64,000 nucleotides of DNA from contig NC_043008.1 of NCBI RefSeq assembly GCF_006345805.1, positions 39,184,001 through 39,248,000 on the forward strand, written 5' to 3'. This document shows, in pieces, positions 40,178-54,106 of this stretch. The DNA comes from Octopus sinensis. Its lineage: Eukaryota. Each line of letters starts with the position of its first letter. Within the stretch, counting starts at the first letter, position 1. The notes below the pieces were generated by a model, which was given only the letters and a program-made list of their open reading frames with translations, had not been told where the DNA came from and ran no database searches. Made by a program: the position numbers and the translations under genes.

Positions 40178-40589
40178 CGACGACGTTGACCGAACTGATG
40201 ATCATGTCGATAGTTGTGATGACATTGTTTAATTTGAGATGTGGGAGTGACGGTGGTTGTTAGTAATGCGTAGGTTTTGCAGAAGTTGATCGTAGTCGCG
40301 GTGGCTGTAACTATGTTCGTTGTGATGGTAATAATATTCGTTTTCAATTTTGGCACAAAGTTAGGAATATCGGAGTAGTGGGTACGACAATTACATCGAC
40401 CTCAGTACATAACTGTAACTTCTTTTAACGATCTAGAAAGAATGAAAAACAAAGTCGTCCCCGGCCGAATTTGAACTCGGAACGTAAAGACGAACGAAAT
40501 GTCGTAAAGTTTTTTACCCGGTGCGCTAACCATTCTGCCGGCTCGCTGCCTTATGTGGTGGTAATAACATTGGCTTCAAATTTTGTTAC

Positions 40590-41020
40590 AAGACATGTAA
40601 AATTTGGTGTTCCGAGTATTGTTGCTGCATAGCCTTTGATATCTGTTGATATTTTTGCCGCCGGTAGTTGGTGGGGACTTTTTGTTCTTGAATTTCATAG
40701 CGATAGTCTTCAAAGTAAAATGTCAAATAATTGTCGGTACTGTATGCCAAAGTTTCGATAACACAAACTCCTAATTTGGCAAGTGGTTTTCGTGCCAGGT
40801 ACCTATGCATTGCCTTCTCAATGTACCGGTGCATTCTTTATGTATTTTGTTCTTTCGATAAACAGATTTTACCGATGCTCCTTGGGGAAGAAATCTGCGT
40901 CAATAAGTTCCTAGTTCAGACGTCCAAATGTGAGCGTGAGGACAGGCATTGCAAAGATATTGTGGGCAATATGCTTGGCGCAAGCTGAGAGTTCAGATGA
41001 TGTAGTTATTGCACTCTTCT
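40590..41020 (-). mobile_element. R4/Dong-like LINE remnant
   Basis: Minus-strand AHNIFAMPVLTLTFGRLN*..FFPK..LFIER. Confidence 0.55.
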
Positions 41021-41056
41021 GTATGTAGTGTTTATTATGCATGCATATATATATAT

Positions 41057-41089
<33 letters not shown>

Positions 41090-41093
<4 letters not shown>

Positions 41094-41334
41094 TTTTCGT
41101 TTTTGGATTTGGTTTGCAAGATTCTTTATATAAGTTCGTGTGTTGAAGCATATTCTGTTGTGTCTGGGGAGAGTCATTCTCTTTTAGTACCTTATTATTT
41201 AACACACTCACCGGTAAAATTTCCACTTATTTCGTCTTTTTATTTTCCTAAAATTTTCGTTGCGTCTTGCAACCTTTTCAATAGTCTTAAATAATAAGGT
41301 ACAAAAAGAGAATGACTCTCCCCAGACACAACAG
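41090..41334. mobile_element. Penelope-like terminal-repeat remnant with a 48-bp inverted duplication
   Basis: Arms 41155-41202 and 41287-41334 (1 mismatch); minus-strand hammerhead-like motif in the spacer; flanked by (TA)n. Confidence 0.55.
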
Positions 41335-41393
<59 letters not shown>

Positions 41394-41899
41394 AATTTAT
41401 GTCTATATACATACATACAAATGCACCTATCTACCTGTCTGTCTCTCTGTATATCTCTTTATAGATGTGCATGTGAATTAGTGTTTATATCAAACCTTCA
41501 TAGTCGATTAGACATATACGTATTGCACACTGTGATAAACATATATCTTTATATGCATGTAACAATACTACTCAATCATTAAGATAACTGTCAAAACAGA
41601 AATGTAAATTTTGAGTGACGTTTTAATAGCTAAGTGACATACCCATGATTCAACGTGGCAATAATATTATTCAAATATTATGGCATACAAATATTTCATG
41701 CATTATATGAAACAGGCGATAATTTTCGCTTATTTGTTGAAAGGATATAAACTGAAATATCTACATATAATCATATATACATTAATAAATTCATATATGT
41801 GTGTGTGTGTGCTCTGTATGCGTGTGTATGTAAGTATATATGTGTATATGTATATGCATATATAAGTACATATATCACCCTCGGTCTCTATGTATGTAC

Positions 41900-41939
<40 letters not shown>

Positions 41940-42286
41940 ATTATATGCATATAAATATATACAATTCACATATATATTACAATAGTGTACTTTAAATGAA
42001 GCTGTGCATGATACAGGAGGTAAACTTGTTTAAAAGCCAAGTGTAGCAGTAATTGGCAACGTCGCAGCAAAAACAGTTCTAATAAAGACACAGTAAGAGT
42101 TCTTACAATACGTTGTATCTCAATGTTTCAGCTAGTGTCATAATATCCGACCGCTTTCGGGTAGTTTGCGTCGTTTGCGGATAAATAAATTCACTTTATT
42201 TATGTGGAAGTCATATTTATTACACAAATTACTAATTTTAACTCTGTAGTAATAATAAACTTTTATTTCTCACATTTGTTACACAT

Positions 42287-42458
42287 GGCGCAGGAGTGGC
42301 TGTGTGGTAAGTAGCTTGCTTACCAACCACATGGTTCCGGGTTCAGTCCCACTGCGTGGCACTTTGGGCAAGTGTCTTCTACTATAGCCTCGGGCCGACC
42401 AAAGCATTGTGAGTGGATTTGGTAGACGGAAACTGAAAGGCCTGTCGTGTATATGTAT

Positions 42459-42554
<96 letters not shown>

Positions 42555-42772
42555 TTGTGTGTCTGTGTCTGTCCCCCCAAGATCGATTGACAACCGATGC
42601 TGGTGTGTTCATGTCCCCGTAACTTAGCGGTTCGGCAAAAGAGACCGATAGAATAAGTACTAGGCTTACAAAGAATAAGTCCTGGGGTCGATTTGCTCGA
42701 CTAAAGGCGGTGCTTCAGGATACCCGCAGTCAAATGACTGAAACAAATAAAAGAGAGTAAGAGTAAAAGAGT
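42287..42772 (+). mobile_element. SINE family A
   Basis: Near-consensus copy. Confidence 0.93.
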
Positions 42773-43587
42773 ATGTCCCCATCACAGAAATGACCCTTTA
42801 TCATGAAATGACACGTGTAGGTTTTTTTGCAACTCAATGATCTGCAGTTTTCATATAATGCTCCAAGGTTGATCTGATCATACCAGAAGATTCAATGTTA
42901 CTGGAAGGAGTTATAACCCCTATCATTTTCAGATATTTGTTCCAAAGATTCACACTTCGTTGCAAAAGAACATCGTATTATTCGTGCAGCATACAAATAG
43001 GATTTTTACTTCATCATTGACTTGTCCATCACGATTCCGTCGATGTTCAGCTGGTAATTTCCCCTGCATATTGAAAAAGGATCACACGAGCGAGCATTTA
43101 CTGAAACATTTCCTGTAACTCAAATGATTATCTTAAACTTCATTCGATTATGGTCATTGGTTTGCATCTGTCATGTTTTTGTTTGATTGCTGTCCATGAC
43201 GCAAACACCTGTAAAAATTATAAAGTCCCTTAAGTCGTACAAGAAAGCTGCTCATTAAATCATAGTACCGCCTCTGAAATTTATAAGTCATAAAATTTCT
43301 AAAGTCTGTAATGTTGTTTTTTCCTAGCTACAAATAATGTTATTTCAAATGCTCAATTGTGATTTTGAGGTAGCTTTTGATGTGTCATGCTTCTAGAAGC
43401 AAATTCATGCAAATTTGAGGAAGCTCTTGTACTGTTTGAAAATTAACTTGCCTTCTGAGGTGTATAAACTTGGTAATTCAGCAGGACCACAGCTCGACAC
43501 TATACGGGTGATAAAATTTGCATAACTATAGTATGGTAATTTAGGAGCTGCAGCTGTAATACATGTATGGTCATAAGAAAATTCATC

Positions 43588-44007
43588 AAGGCGGCGAGCT
43601 GGCAGAGACGTTAGCACGCCGGGCGGAATGCTTAGCAGTATTTAGTCTGCCGCTACGTTCTAAGTTCAAATTCCGCCGAGGTTGACTTTGCCTTTCATCT
43701 TTTTGGGGTCGATTAAATAAGTACCAGTTACGCACTGGGTCTATATAATCGGCTTAATCCGTTTGTCTGTCCTTGTTCGTCCCCTCTGTGTTTAACCGCT
43801 TGTAGGTAGTAAAGAAATAGGTATTTCGTCCACCGCTGCGTTCTAAGTTCAAATTCCGCCGAGGTTGACTTTGCCTTTCATCTTTTCGGGGTCGATTAAA
43901 TAAGTACCAGTTACTCACTGGGTCTATATAATCGGCTTAATCCGTTTGTCTGTCCTTGTTAGTCCCCTCTGTGTGTAGCCACTTGTGAGCAGTAACGAAA
44001 TAAGAAA
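43588..44007 (+). mobile_element. SINE family B dimer
   Basis: Head plus two bodies joined at aaagaaataggtatttcgtc. Confidence 0.9.
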
Positions 44008-44758
44008 ACGCATCAATCAGTCAGTTTATATTTTTCAAAGCGCTTCTTCCACCAAGTTTCGAAAACAAGATGCTGCACCACGATTCTCTTAATTTGTCTT
44101 GTTCGTCAGTTTCTCGTCTTCTGAAGTAGCAGTCGTTTTCTATTCTCGATCTAAATGACGCCGGACACCAATTCTTTATTTCTACGCATGCTGCAAATTT
44201 TAAGCATCTGCATTTCATAAGTTTACTGAACGTTCTTTTCACTGGACATTATAAAAGACAATATTAATTTCAATTTATTGCTGTTGTAGGATACTTCAAC
44301 GGAGAAGAGCCCAACGTCTGAGAGACAGCTACTCAATCTGAAGGGTGTGGAGTCCTTTAGTTCGACAGGGGAAATTTGCTAATAAGCATGCATTTGCTGA
44401 AAATTTCATACCTGTAATTATGATTTTAGGGAGAATTCTTGGATCTAAAAAGAATATGCAATCTTTCAGCTAACAATAAGATGCGTATCTTAGAGATCTG
44501 TTTACATATGGCATAGATTTCTTCGATTCTTCACTGGATTGCATGTGGTGTATAGCTGGTCTTCAAACTTCATATGTTGCTAGTCAAAGTATTGGCTTTA
44601 CTGTTGTCGATATGACGAAAAGAACATGGGTTGTTTGCATAACGAATTGGGAAATCATTATACATTAAACGATGTAATCTTTCTTTCACTTGGGATACCT
44701 CTGTGGTGTCTGCCTGATAGAAGATGGAGTTTATCATACACTCCTGGTTAAGGGACAA

Positions 44759-44759
<1 letters not shown>

Positions 44760-44801
<42 letters not shown>

Positions 44802-44848
44802 ATATGTATATATGCAGAAGTGAATTTATATATATCTGTATGTGTATG

Positions 44849-44896
<48 letters not shown>

Positions 44897-45650
44897 CACA
44901 TATATATGTATATATGTATATATATATGTATGCATATAAATGTGTATATATATGGATATATATTTCTTCACAGTTGAGAAGATTTTCATTAATTTTGCAT
45001 TCAAAGATTTTATGAATAAATATAACTTTCAGTTGTAAATGTAAGTGTGCAAAAAAGATATATGTATATGCATGTATATGCATGTATATATATATATATA
45101 TTATATATATATATTATGTGTGTGTGTGTGTGTGTGTGTTTGTATATATATATATCATATATAATACATGTATATATATATATATATTATATTATATATA
45201 TAGCTGTAGATATCCATATATATATATATATAATATATATATATATATATAATATATATATATATGTAATATAGTGTAATATGTCACATATATATATGTA
45301 TATATGTATACACTATATATCTACAACACACACACACAAAGAGAAACACAGACATATATATAAATTTATATCTACTATATAAATGTGAGCGCGGGCGCGT
45401 TAGTTTGTGTCTGTTTACATGGAGATAGTTATATAAACAGGCAGATTGGTAGATAGGCTTATGAATAAACAACTAGGAGTGAGCAATAATTATTGCGTTT
45501 TAAATATTTGAATTTTAGTTGGTAATGCAATTCTGTAAATTAATCTACTAATGCAATACTATGTATATTTGCATATATAAATGTATTGTTATATGTGTAT
45601 ATATATATAATATATATTATATATATATATATATATAATATATATATATA

Positions 45651-45726
<76 letters not shown>

Positions 45727-45728
45727 AT

Positions 45729-45760
<32 letters not shown>

Positions 45761-46642
45761 ATATACACATACATATAGGCGCAGGAGTGGCTGTGTGGTA
45801 AGTAGCTTGCTTACCAACCACATGGTTTCGCGTTCAGCACGTTGCATCTTGGCTAAGTGTCTTGTACTATAGCCTCGGGCCGATCAAAGCCTTGTGAGTA
45901 GATTTGGTTCACGGAAACTGAAAGAAGCCCGTCGTTTATATGTCTATATGTGTGTGTGTGTGTGTGTTTGTACCCCCAACATCACTTGACAACTGACACT
46001 GGTGTGTTTACGTCTCCGTAACTTAGTGGTTCGGCAAAAGGGACCGATAGAATAAGTACTAGGCTTACAAAGAATAAGTCCCTTGGTCGATTTGCTCGAC
46101 TAAAAGACGATGCTCTAGCATGGCCAGAGTCAATGACTGAAACAAGTAAAAGAGTAACAGAGTATATATATCGATATATATTTATTTATATACCTGTATA
46201 TACACATACATAAATATGCATGCATGTATACACATATATAGGATGATAAGTTTATAACAATATACGTAAATGATAGATAGATAAGTGTATAGAAAGATAG
46301 AAATATTAATGGAGATGAGTTTAGAGTGAGTTTATATTACATAGATGCAATTATTCGTGGAAATATAAGGAAAATGTTATTTAGGAAACAATTTGTGCGT
46401 TTGTGAGTGTAAAGAAATATGCAAACAGACATATATATATATATATGTGCGTGTCTATGAGTGTGTGCGTTACTGTAGCTGTGCGTGTGTATGTGTATGA
46501 TTGTGTGAGTGTGTGTGTGTGTATGAGTGTTCGTGAGTGTTTGTGTGTGTGTGTGTGTGGATATATCTATTCATCGCAGTCTCTATTGTTTAACCTGTTA
46601 ATATAGATATGTATAAAGAAAGAAAGAGAGAGGGAAGAGAAT

Positions 46643-46686
<44 letters not shown>

Positions 46687-47060
46687 ACGATGGGTGCGTG
46701 AGTCAGACACACAGAGTGGGAGAGAAAGAAGGGAAACGGTAGAGGGATCGAAAGAGAAGGGGAGGAAGAACGAAGAAGGAGAGAGAGAGAGAAGGAGAGG
46801 AGATGGGGAAAAGTAAAAAGTATGTTGAAATTTCTTATGTGGCTGTTCTCTTTGCCAATAAGGCATTAAGAATGTACATTTCCCCTAAATTGAATTAAAT
46901 TTCAGACTGTATTTTATGAAATTAAATTTCTTTATATTGGTCGTCATAATGAAGTGGTTCATTACACACACACACACACATATATATATGTATATATATA
47001 TATATATTATATATATATATATATCATATATATATATATATGTACATATATATATATCTG

Positions 47061-47107
<47 letters not shown>

Positions 47108-47111
47108 ATAT

Positions 47112-47174
<63 letters not shown>

Positions 47175-47191
47175 GTAGGTAGCTATATATA

Positions 47192-47229
<38 letters not shown>

Positions 47230-47597
47230 TAATTATATATATATATATATATATATGCTATATATATATATATATACAAGCGTGTGTGTGAATATAATTG
47301 TGTTTGTGTGTATTATGTATATTCATAATCTATATATTCATATATATATATATATCTATATGCATTGCTCGCCAACAGAACAGACCTACTTAAATATTTT
47401 TCAATATCCTGGCGAAGAAAACATAAACAAGATGTGATCATATTTACTTAGCTTTATCTTTAGATTTGATATAAGTAATATAAAATAGACAAAATCTCGC
47501 ACACACACTAAATATATCTACATCTAACTATCTCTGTCTGTCTGTCTCTCTCTATACATACACAACACACACACACATATAAATATAAATATAAATA

Positions 47598-47639
<42 letters not shown>

Positions 47640-47720
47640 TATATATATATACATATAAGTGTGTGTAAATTTATATATATGTAGCTATGTATGTATACTT
47701 ATATATAATGTGTATGTGTG
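44760..47720. repeat. Dense (TA)n/(TG)n/(GA)n microsatellite field containing SINE A (45778-46162)
   Basis: Direct reading. Confidence 0.92.
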
Positions 47721-48651
47721 TATTCAATATGATTTTCCATATTATATGGTATTTAGTAGTTTCTAAATTAATACATTTTTTTCGTTTAAGCTGAATCTTC
47801 ATAAATATCGTTAGATTTTATATTATAAATTAAGAATTATTTATGAAAAAAAAAATGTTTATGAATTTTGAAATGGTTGTCTGAGACGTTGAAAAACCAT
47901 TCCTGTGAATTTTGTTGCATGTATGTTGAGCTACGGCTCAGTAGTAGTGAGGCATTTTAGAACCCCAATTTCAGAGTTTTTATCCTGTCCCGTATTATTG
48001 GAGTTATGTTTTTATTCTTATCCTCATCTATATAATCCGATGAATGTTGACTGTAAATGTTCGGGATATGCTTTCAGAAATTCAGACCTGAAGAAAATTT
48101 TGGCATGCATTGTTCTCGGCAAACAGGCAGCAATCTGTGATACGACAAAGTTCCATCGACGAAAATGGTCTGGAATCTGAATAGAGACCCTAGTAAAGAA
48201 TGAGTTACGAAACAGAAAAGATAACCCAATCGAGTTAGCCCCGTCAACCATCAGTAAACACGGCTAATATATATATTTGATCCGACCAACAGAACGGCTG
48301 AGCACTCCACAGACACGTGTACAGATAAACGTAGTTGTCAGCTAGATTCAGCGTGAATATAAATAGCTCATGAGTGGCTGTGAGGTAAGAAATTTTCTTC
48401 CCAACTATATGGTTCTTGTTGGGCTCCGTTCCACGCCACTACCTGGCATCTTGCTCAAGTGTCTGCTAGTACTGCCTCGGGTCAACGAAACCCTTGTGAG
48501 TGGATTTAGTAGACGGAAGTAGGAAAAATCTCGTCGTACATACATAATACGTACATACATATATGTGTGTATGTGTGTATATATATATTTGTATATATGT
48601 GAGTAAATACACACAAACACACACACACATATTTATACATAGATACATATA

Positions 48652-49270
48652 TCAGGTTGGTGCATAAGTAATGTCCGATATAAAGATCTAAGGTAAAAAT
48701 GAATAAGCCAATGATTATGGATATATTTATTCATTAACATACTCACCATTGCTTTCAATGACCTCATTCCATCTTTCAACAATCTTATAAATGCCTCGCT
48801 TGTAAAATTCTGTAGGTTTAGAACCAAAATATGAATCCAACTCATTTTCAATCGCTTCTCTTCTTGTTAACCTAAGTCCGTCAAAATGGTTCTGTAGTCC
48901 TCGGAATAAATGGTTATCAGAAGGAGCAAGGAGAACATGCAGAATAAGGCAGTATTTCCAAATTTTCCAAGAGAGTTTTTATCAGTCGAGCTGCGTGAGG
49001 ACGAGCATTATCGTGGTGGAAGATGACACCCTTTCTGTTAACCAAGGATGCTCGCTTTTGGCTCAGAACTGTTTTCAAACAACGAAGTTGCTCACAGTAA
49101 AGATTAGCTTAATTGTTTGGTTGCTGTCCAACGGTTCATAATGGTTTATTCCTTTAATATCCCACTATGCACTCGACATGATCTTTGGATGATGTCCTGC
49201 TCTCGGTTGTTGGACTCGCCGTCCTCCGCGAATGATCCAAGAATGGTGGCGTTTAACATTATGTAACCAA
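48652..49270 (-). mobile_element. mariner transposon remnant (right TIR plus decayed transposase) running into the gap
   Basis: TA|TCAGGTTGGTGCATAAG terminus; minus-strand LVNRKGVIFHHDNARPH. Confidence 0.88.
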
Positions 49271-49370
49271 NNNNNNNNNNNNNNNNNNNNNNNNNNNNNN
49301 NNNNNNNNNNNNNNNNNNNNNNNNNNNNNNNNNNNNNNNNNNNNNNNNNNNNNNNNNNNNNNNNNNNNNN
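49271..49370. other. Assembly gap (100 N)
   Basis: N run. Confidence 1.
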
Positions 49371-49456
49371 CGCGCGCAAAATACCCGCAGTAAAGTATTA
49401 TATGTAGATGTATATATATCTATAATATATATATATATCTATTATATATATATATA

Positions 49457-49676
49457 CTTTATTTTAAGCAGCGAAAATTCAACAAAATCTGTACTCTGAG
49501 TTTCTCGTTGCCCGTTCATTCAGACGCTAGCAAAAAACTGTCTGATGAACGGCAACAGAAACTCAGAGTAACAGATTTTGTTGAATTTTCTGCTGCTTAA
49601 AATAAAGCATATTACTCTATCACTGGTATTTGAGTACTCTTTTTTCCATCTTGTTTCACATTTATGTGTTTACTCC

Positions 49677-49680
<4 letters not shown>
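49457..49680 (+). mobile_element. Penelope-like pseudo-LTR with inverted 5' copy and minimal type I hammerhead motif
   Basis: Palindrome 49457-49607; aaactgt-CTGATGA-acggcaaca-GAAAC-tcaga-GTA-acagattt at 49535-49578. Confidence 0.75.
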
Positions 49681-49712
<32 letters not shown>

Positions 49713-50423
49713 GTGTAGTTATTGTTCGTTAGCATAAATCAGACCTAATTCAACATAGTTACAGTCAAAAATACTGTGAAGCACTCACCTTTCCATCTAC
49801 AACCACAACATTGTGTATCTAGAACAATATTATAAGATGTTAGTGTCTCCGTTGAGGGAAATTTAGTTGCTATTTCTTGCATGATGATCGATTTCGTACA
49901 CAGTCTCTCGTCAGCAATAAAAATGTAACGTTCCATTGTCAGAAATCACTACGATGGCCCCTTGTATTGGAGGTTCGTTAATATTTAGGGGAAGTCGATA
50001 ATTAAGACTGAAAATTATATTGAGACACAAATGGTTGTCTAGTTCAATAAATCTGGTCTTGTGATCAGATCATCATAAATTACTGTTGCTTGGACGACTT
50101 TCTAAAGCTTAGATATTCAGACTGTAAGTATTTTGTAATTATCGTTATTAAGGCAATCGACGTGAAAGATTATTTGAAAATTACAGGCAAATTTACAGCA
50201 AACATATTAAATTTTACACAGAATATGAAAGGTAGGGGACAGAGAGTGGAGAATAGAGAGAGATGTGCAGACTGAGATAAAAGGAACTCCTGAGGGAGAG
50301 AAAGAGAGAGGGGGAGGGGGAGAGAGAAAGAGAGATGCAAGGTGCGAGGTTCACAAAGGTAAAGGCAAAACAAACAGAAAATTATATTTACTACCTACAT
50401 AAATGTATACATATATATGTACG

Positions 50424-50470
<47 letters not shown>

Positions 50471-50634
50471 CTTGCTCGCTTAGCCAGCGGGGTGGCGTCA
50501 TTTTGAAGGCTAAAACAATACGAAGCGCATTGTGACCAGCGATGTGTAGCAACATCTGATAGCCTGGTCGGTCACGGTGATCACGGTAATATATATATAT
50601 ATATAGTGTGTGTATGTATGTATGCTTGTATGTA

Positions 50635-50905
50635 TGGGTGACCCCCTTTGGTCACGAATGACCATAGCATTGCACCTAGAAAGTTACCTCTCTCCACGCC
50701 ACAGATGTTATCCAAGGGAAAGGCAAAGGCTGATACAGCTTGGCATCAGTGACGTCACAACTTATTTCTACTGCTAAGTGAACTGGAGCAACGTGAAATA
50801 GAGTGTCTTGTTTAAGAATACAACATGCAGTCTGATCCGGGAATCGAACTCACAATCTCACGATCGTAAGCTCGTTGCTCTAACCACTGAGCTATGCGCC
50901 TTCGC
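50635..50905 (-). mobile_element. SINE (family C-like head and V domain, different tail)
   Basis: Minus-strand GGCGCATAGCTCAGTGG..GAGTTCGATTCCC..caagacactctatttcacgttgctccag. Confidence 0.8.
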
Positions 50906-51056
50906 TGTAGTTGTACATATATGGACCAAACTATGTATATGCGTCTGTATATATACATATAGAGATACATATATATGCATACAAATACACCCACACACAT
51001 ACATTCATATATATATATATATAATATATATAATAATATATATATAGGGTATAGGG

Positions 51057-51088
<32 letters not shown>

Positions 51089-51103
51089 TATATATTTTAA
51101 TAT

Positions 51104-51134
<31 letters not shown>

Positions 51135-52044
51135 TATACTATATTATATTATATATATTATATTATATTATATTTATGCACAGAGTTATTTCTGAGTCAG
51201 TAACAAATTTGCTTAACAGTCGTGAGGTGTCAGAGTTCGATCCCACTGAACGATAGTTTATGAAGTACTTTCCCCACAGACATGTGTCGAACCTAGTCTC
51301 GGAACTGAATTTGGAGAGATGGCCACGACCATTGTGTAGAAGCCCGTTGGATAGTTGACCCCTGAATTTCAAAGATCCATTAAGGACGGAATTTCTGACG
51401 CTGATTCTTCTTGGGATCAATGCATTGTTCCATATTCAGCTTTAGTTTGATCCATATATGTACGACTATCTCATATAGTTTACAGAAATCTGCAAAGAAG
51501 ACATTTATTTGAATGTGTATATAAGTGTACATACATTAAACATCTCATCGACAGAAAGATCTCAGTTTACTGTTTTAACAAATTATTCAGAATTTATTGA
51601 CCGACCGTCTAATTTAATCACTAATTAAAACTTACATTCTAAACCTCATCTTTTGTGAAAAATTTAAATAAACTATTAACGACTAATTTACTATATTATA
51701 GATTTTTATTATTATCTGATAATCTTACCAATACACTAGATGGAGAAAAACAGAGCTATTAACGATTTTCTTTCCGAGCATAAAATAACAATTTCCAATT
51801 ATTTAGTTTTGAATAATACTAACAACTTTTCACAATCAAACATCGTGCAGGCGTTCATGATTAAAAACAAAACACAATTAACCCCCGCCAATCAAACCAT
51901 CGTATATTTCTTTAACAAGCTTAGCAATAAACCATCTCTGCGTTGTTATTACGAAGTCCATTCCACAAGTTTTGAGACATTTTTGGAGAGATAGTTATAA
52001 CTGCGCTAGATTATTCTAATTTTAGTATATCATTAATACGTGTA

Positions 52045-52320
52045 GGCGCAATGGCCCAGTGGTTAGGGCAGCTGACTCGCGGTTTCGATTCCCAGACCGG
52101 ACGTTGTGTGTGTTTATTGAGCGAAAACACCTAAAAGCTCCACGAGGCTCCGGCAGAGGGTTGTGGCGACCCCTATTGTACTCTTTCGCCACAACTTTCT
52201 CTCATTCTCTCTTCCTGTTTCTTGAGTAACGTTGCGATGGACTGCGTCCCGTCCAGCTGGGAGGGAACATATACGCCACAGAAACCGGGAAACCGGGCCC
52301 ATGAGCTTGAAATGGGCGAA
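52045..52320 (+). mobile_element. SINE family D (tRNA head GGCGCAATGGCCCAGTGGTTAGGGC)
   Basis: A/B boxes; second copy on the minus strand at ~56590-56810. Confidence 0.8.
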
Positions 52321-52624
52321 AAAGAAAACAAAAGAAAGCGCTAACACACATCTAATAAGCTGACCTGCCATCTTTTGTTATTCCAGATTGAAGGAGAAGG
52401 TTGTAACGTCATTTAAACATACCCTGTCAAACATTGCTTGTCACAGCTGACCAGTTTACAGAATGTAGTCGGTACTTGATGAGAATTTGGAATTCGATAT
52501 GCAATAAAGTTTTGCGTTAAAATGGACAAAAATGCTACAGAAAATGCTGTCGAATAAGGGGAATCATCACGGAGCTTCCGGTGAACTTGCTTTTCCTGGC
52601 CTTTTGTGACAGCCAAAACCAGAT

Positions 52625-52905
52625 GCTACGATAAATTAAGTACCATTTACGCTCTGGGGTCGATATAATCGACTTAATCCGTTTGTCTGTCCTTATTTGT
52701 CTTCTCTGTGTTTAGCCCCTTGTGGGTAGTAAAAAAATAGGTATTCCGTCTGTCTTTACGTCCTGAGTTCAAATTCCGCCGAAGTCGACTTTACCTTTCA
52801 TCCTTCCGAGGTCGATAAACTAAGTACCAGTTGCATGCTGGGGTCGATCTAATCGACTGGCCTCCTCCCCCAAAATTTCGGGCCTTATGCTTTGAGTAGA
52901 AAAGA
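52625..52905 (+). mobile_element. SINE family B (5'-truncated multimer)
   Basis: Two B bodies. Confidence 0.85.
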
Positions 52906-54008
52906 ATATATATATATATGCATATTGTACATACATATATCTATAAACATGTTTATTTATATACATACACACACACATATATATATATATAGAGAGATTG
53001 ATAGATAGAAAATGGAACGCGTAAACATCTCTGCCAGCTCGCTGCTTTGTGATAAGTAATAGGAATAATGGTTCCGAATTTAAACACTCGGTCAGCAGAT
53101 CTGTGGAAGAGGAATTAGTAGAAGCTGTGAACTCCCGTAATTAACTGGTAATTTTTTTTTTTTTTTATCAAACTCATAAAGACGAAAACGAAATTTGACC
53201 TCGGCGTGAGTTGAACTTAGAACATAACGAACCGTAAGATATAACATTTTCCTTCCGCTTCACTAACGAATTTGCCAGTATGCTGCCCTTTCTTTTTTGA
53301 ACTAATAATCTGTGTTATATTTTATAATTGAAGCACCTATTTTGGCAGTAGTGTGTACCATATTTAATTAATCTTAGTTCTTCGATGGCATATAGTATTA
53401 GCCACTACAGACGAAACGGAATCAAAGTAGAATGAAAACATTGGTGGTGTTTGAAAGCAGAATGTGATGGGAGGTGAATAAGTACAACAGTACATTCGGT
53501 TCAACAGTCTTTCAACCACCCCTCCAACAAGTCCCCTCCTTATCTACTACTGATAAAACTCATCTCAAACTTTCAAGCTGAAATATTCCAACTGATTAAC
53601 TTTGATAATCCACCTGCTAATTACATTATATTGGTCAACCACCATCACTTGGCCACATAGGCATTCAGTCCCAGAATAATAATAAAAACAATATATTCAA
53701 TTTCCGGCATCTATATCTCATCTATTGATAATGATTTGTAAATATAGAACACGGTGATTCTTCTTAAAACTATGAGATGTCAGGGTCAAGTCAAAAATGA
53801 GAAACTTCAGACCAAAGCTTTTTCATTGACACCAGCTGCTACCCCATTACCACTTAAAATAATACGAGGCTCCAGCTCTGAGCTATAAACAATGATGTTA
53901 ATATATAGTGCAAACCTTTTGTTATCTATAGAAGCATCTGTCTATATTTCTGTATGCCTTATGCCTATTTCTTGCTCTTCTTTCAACTTCCTTTGATAAA
54001 TTAATGCG

Positions 54009-54103
<95 letters not shown>

Positions 54104-54106
54104 GTC

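Noticed and set aside
49146-49379. ORF spanning the N run
   Set aside because: Artefact of the assembly gap.
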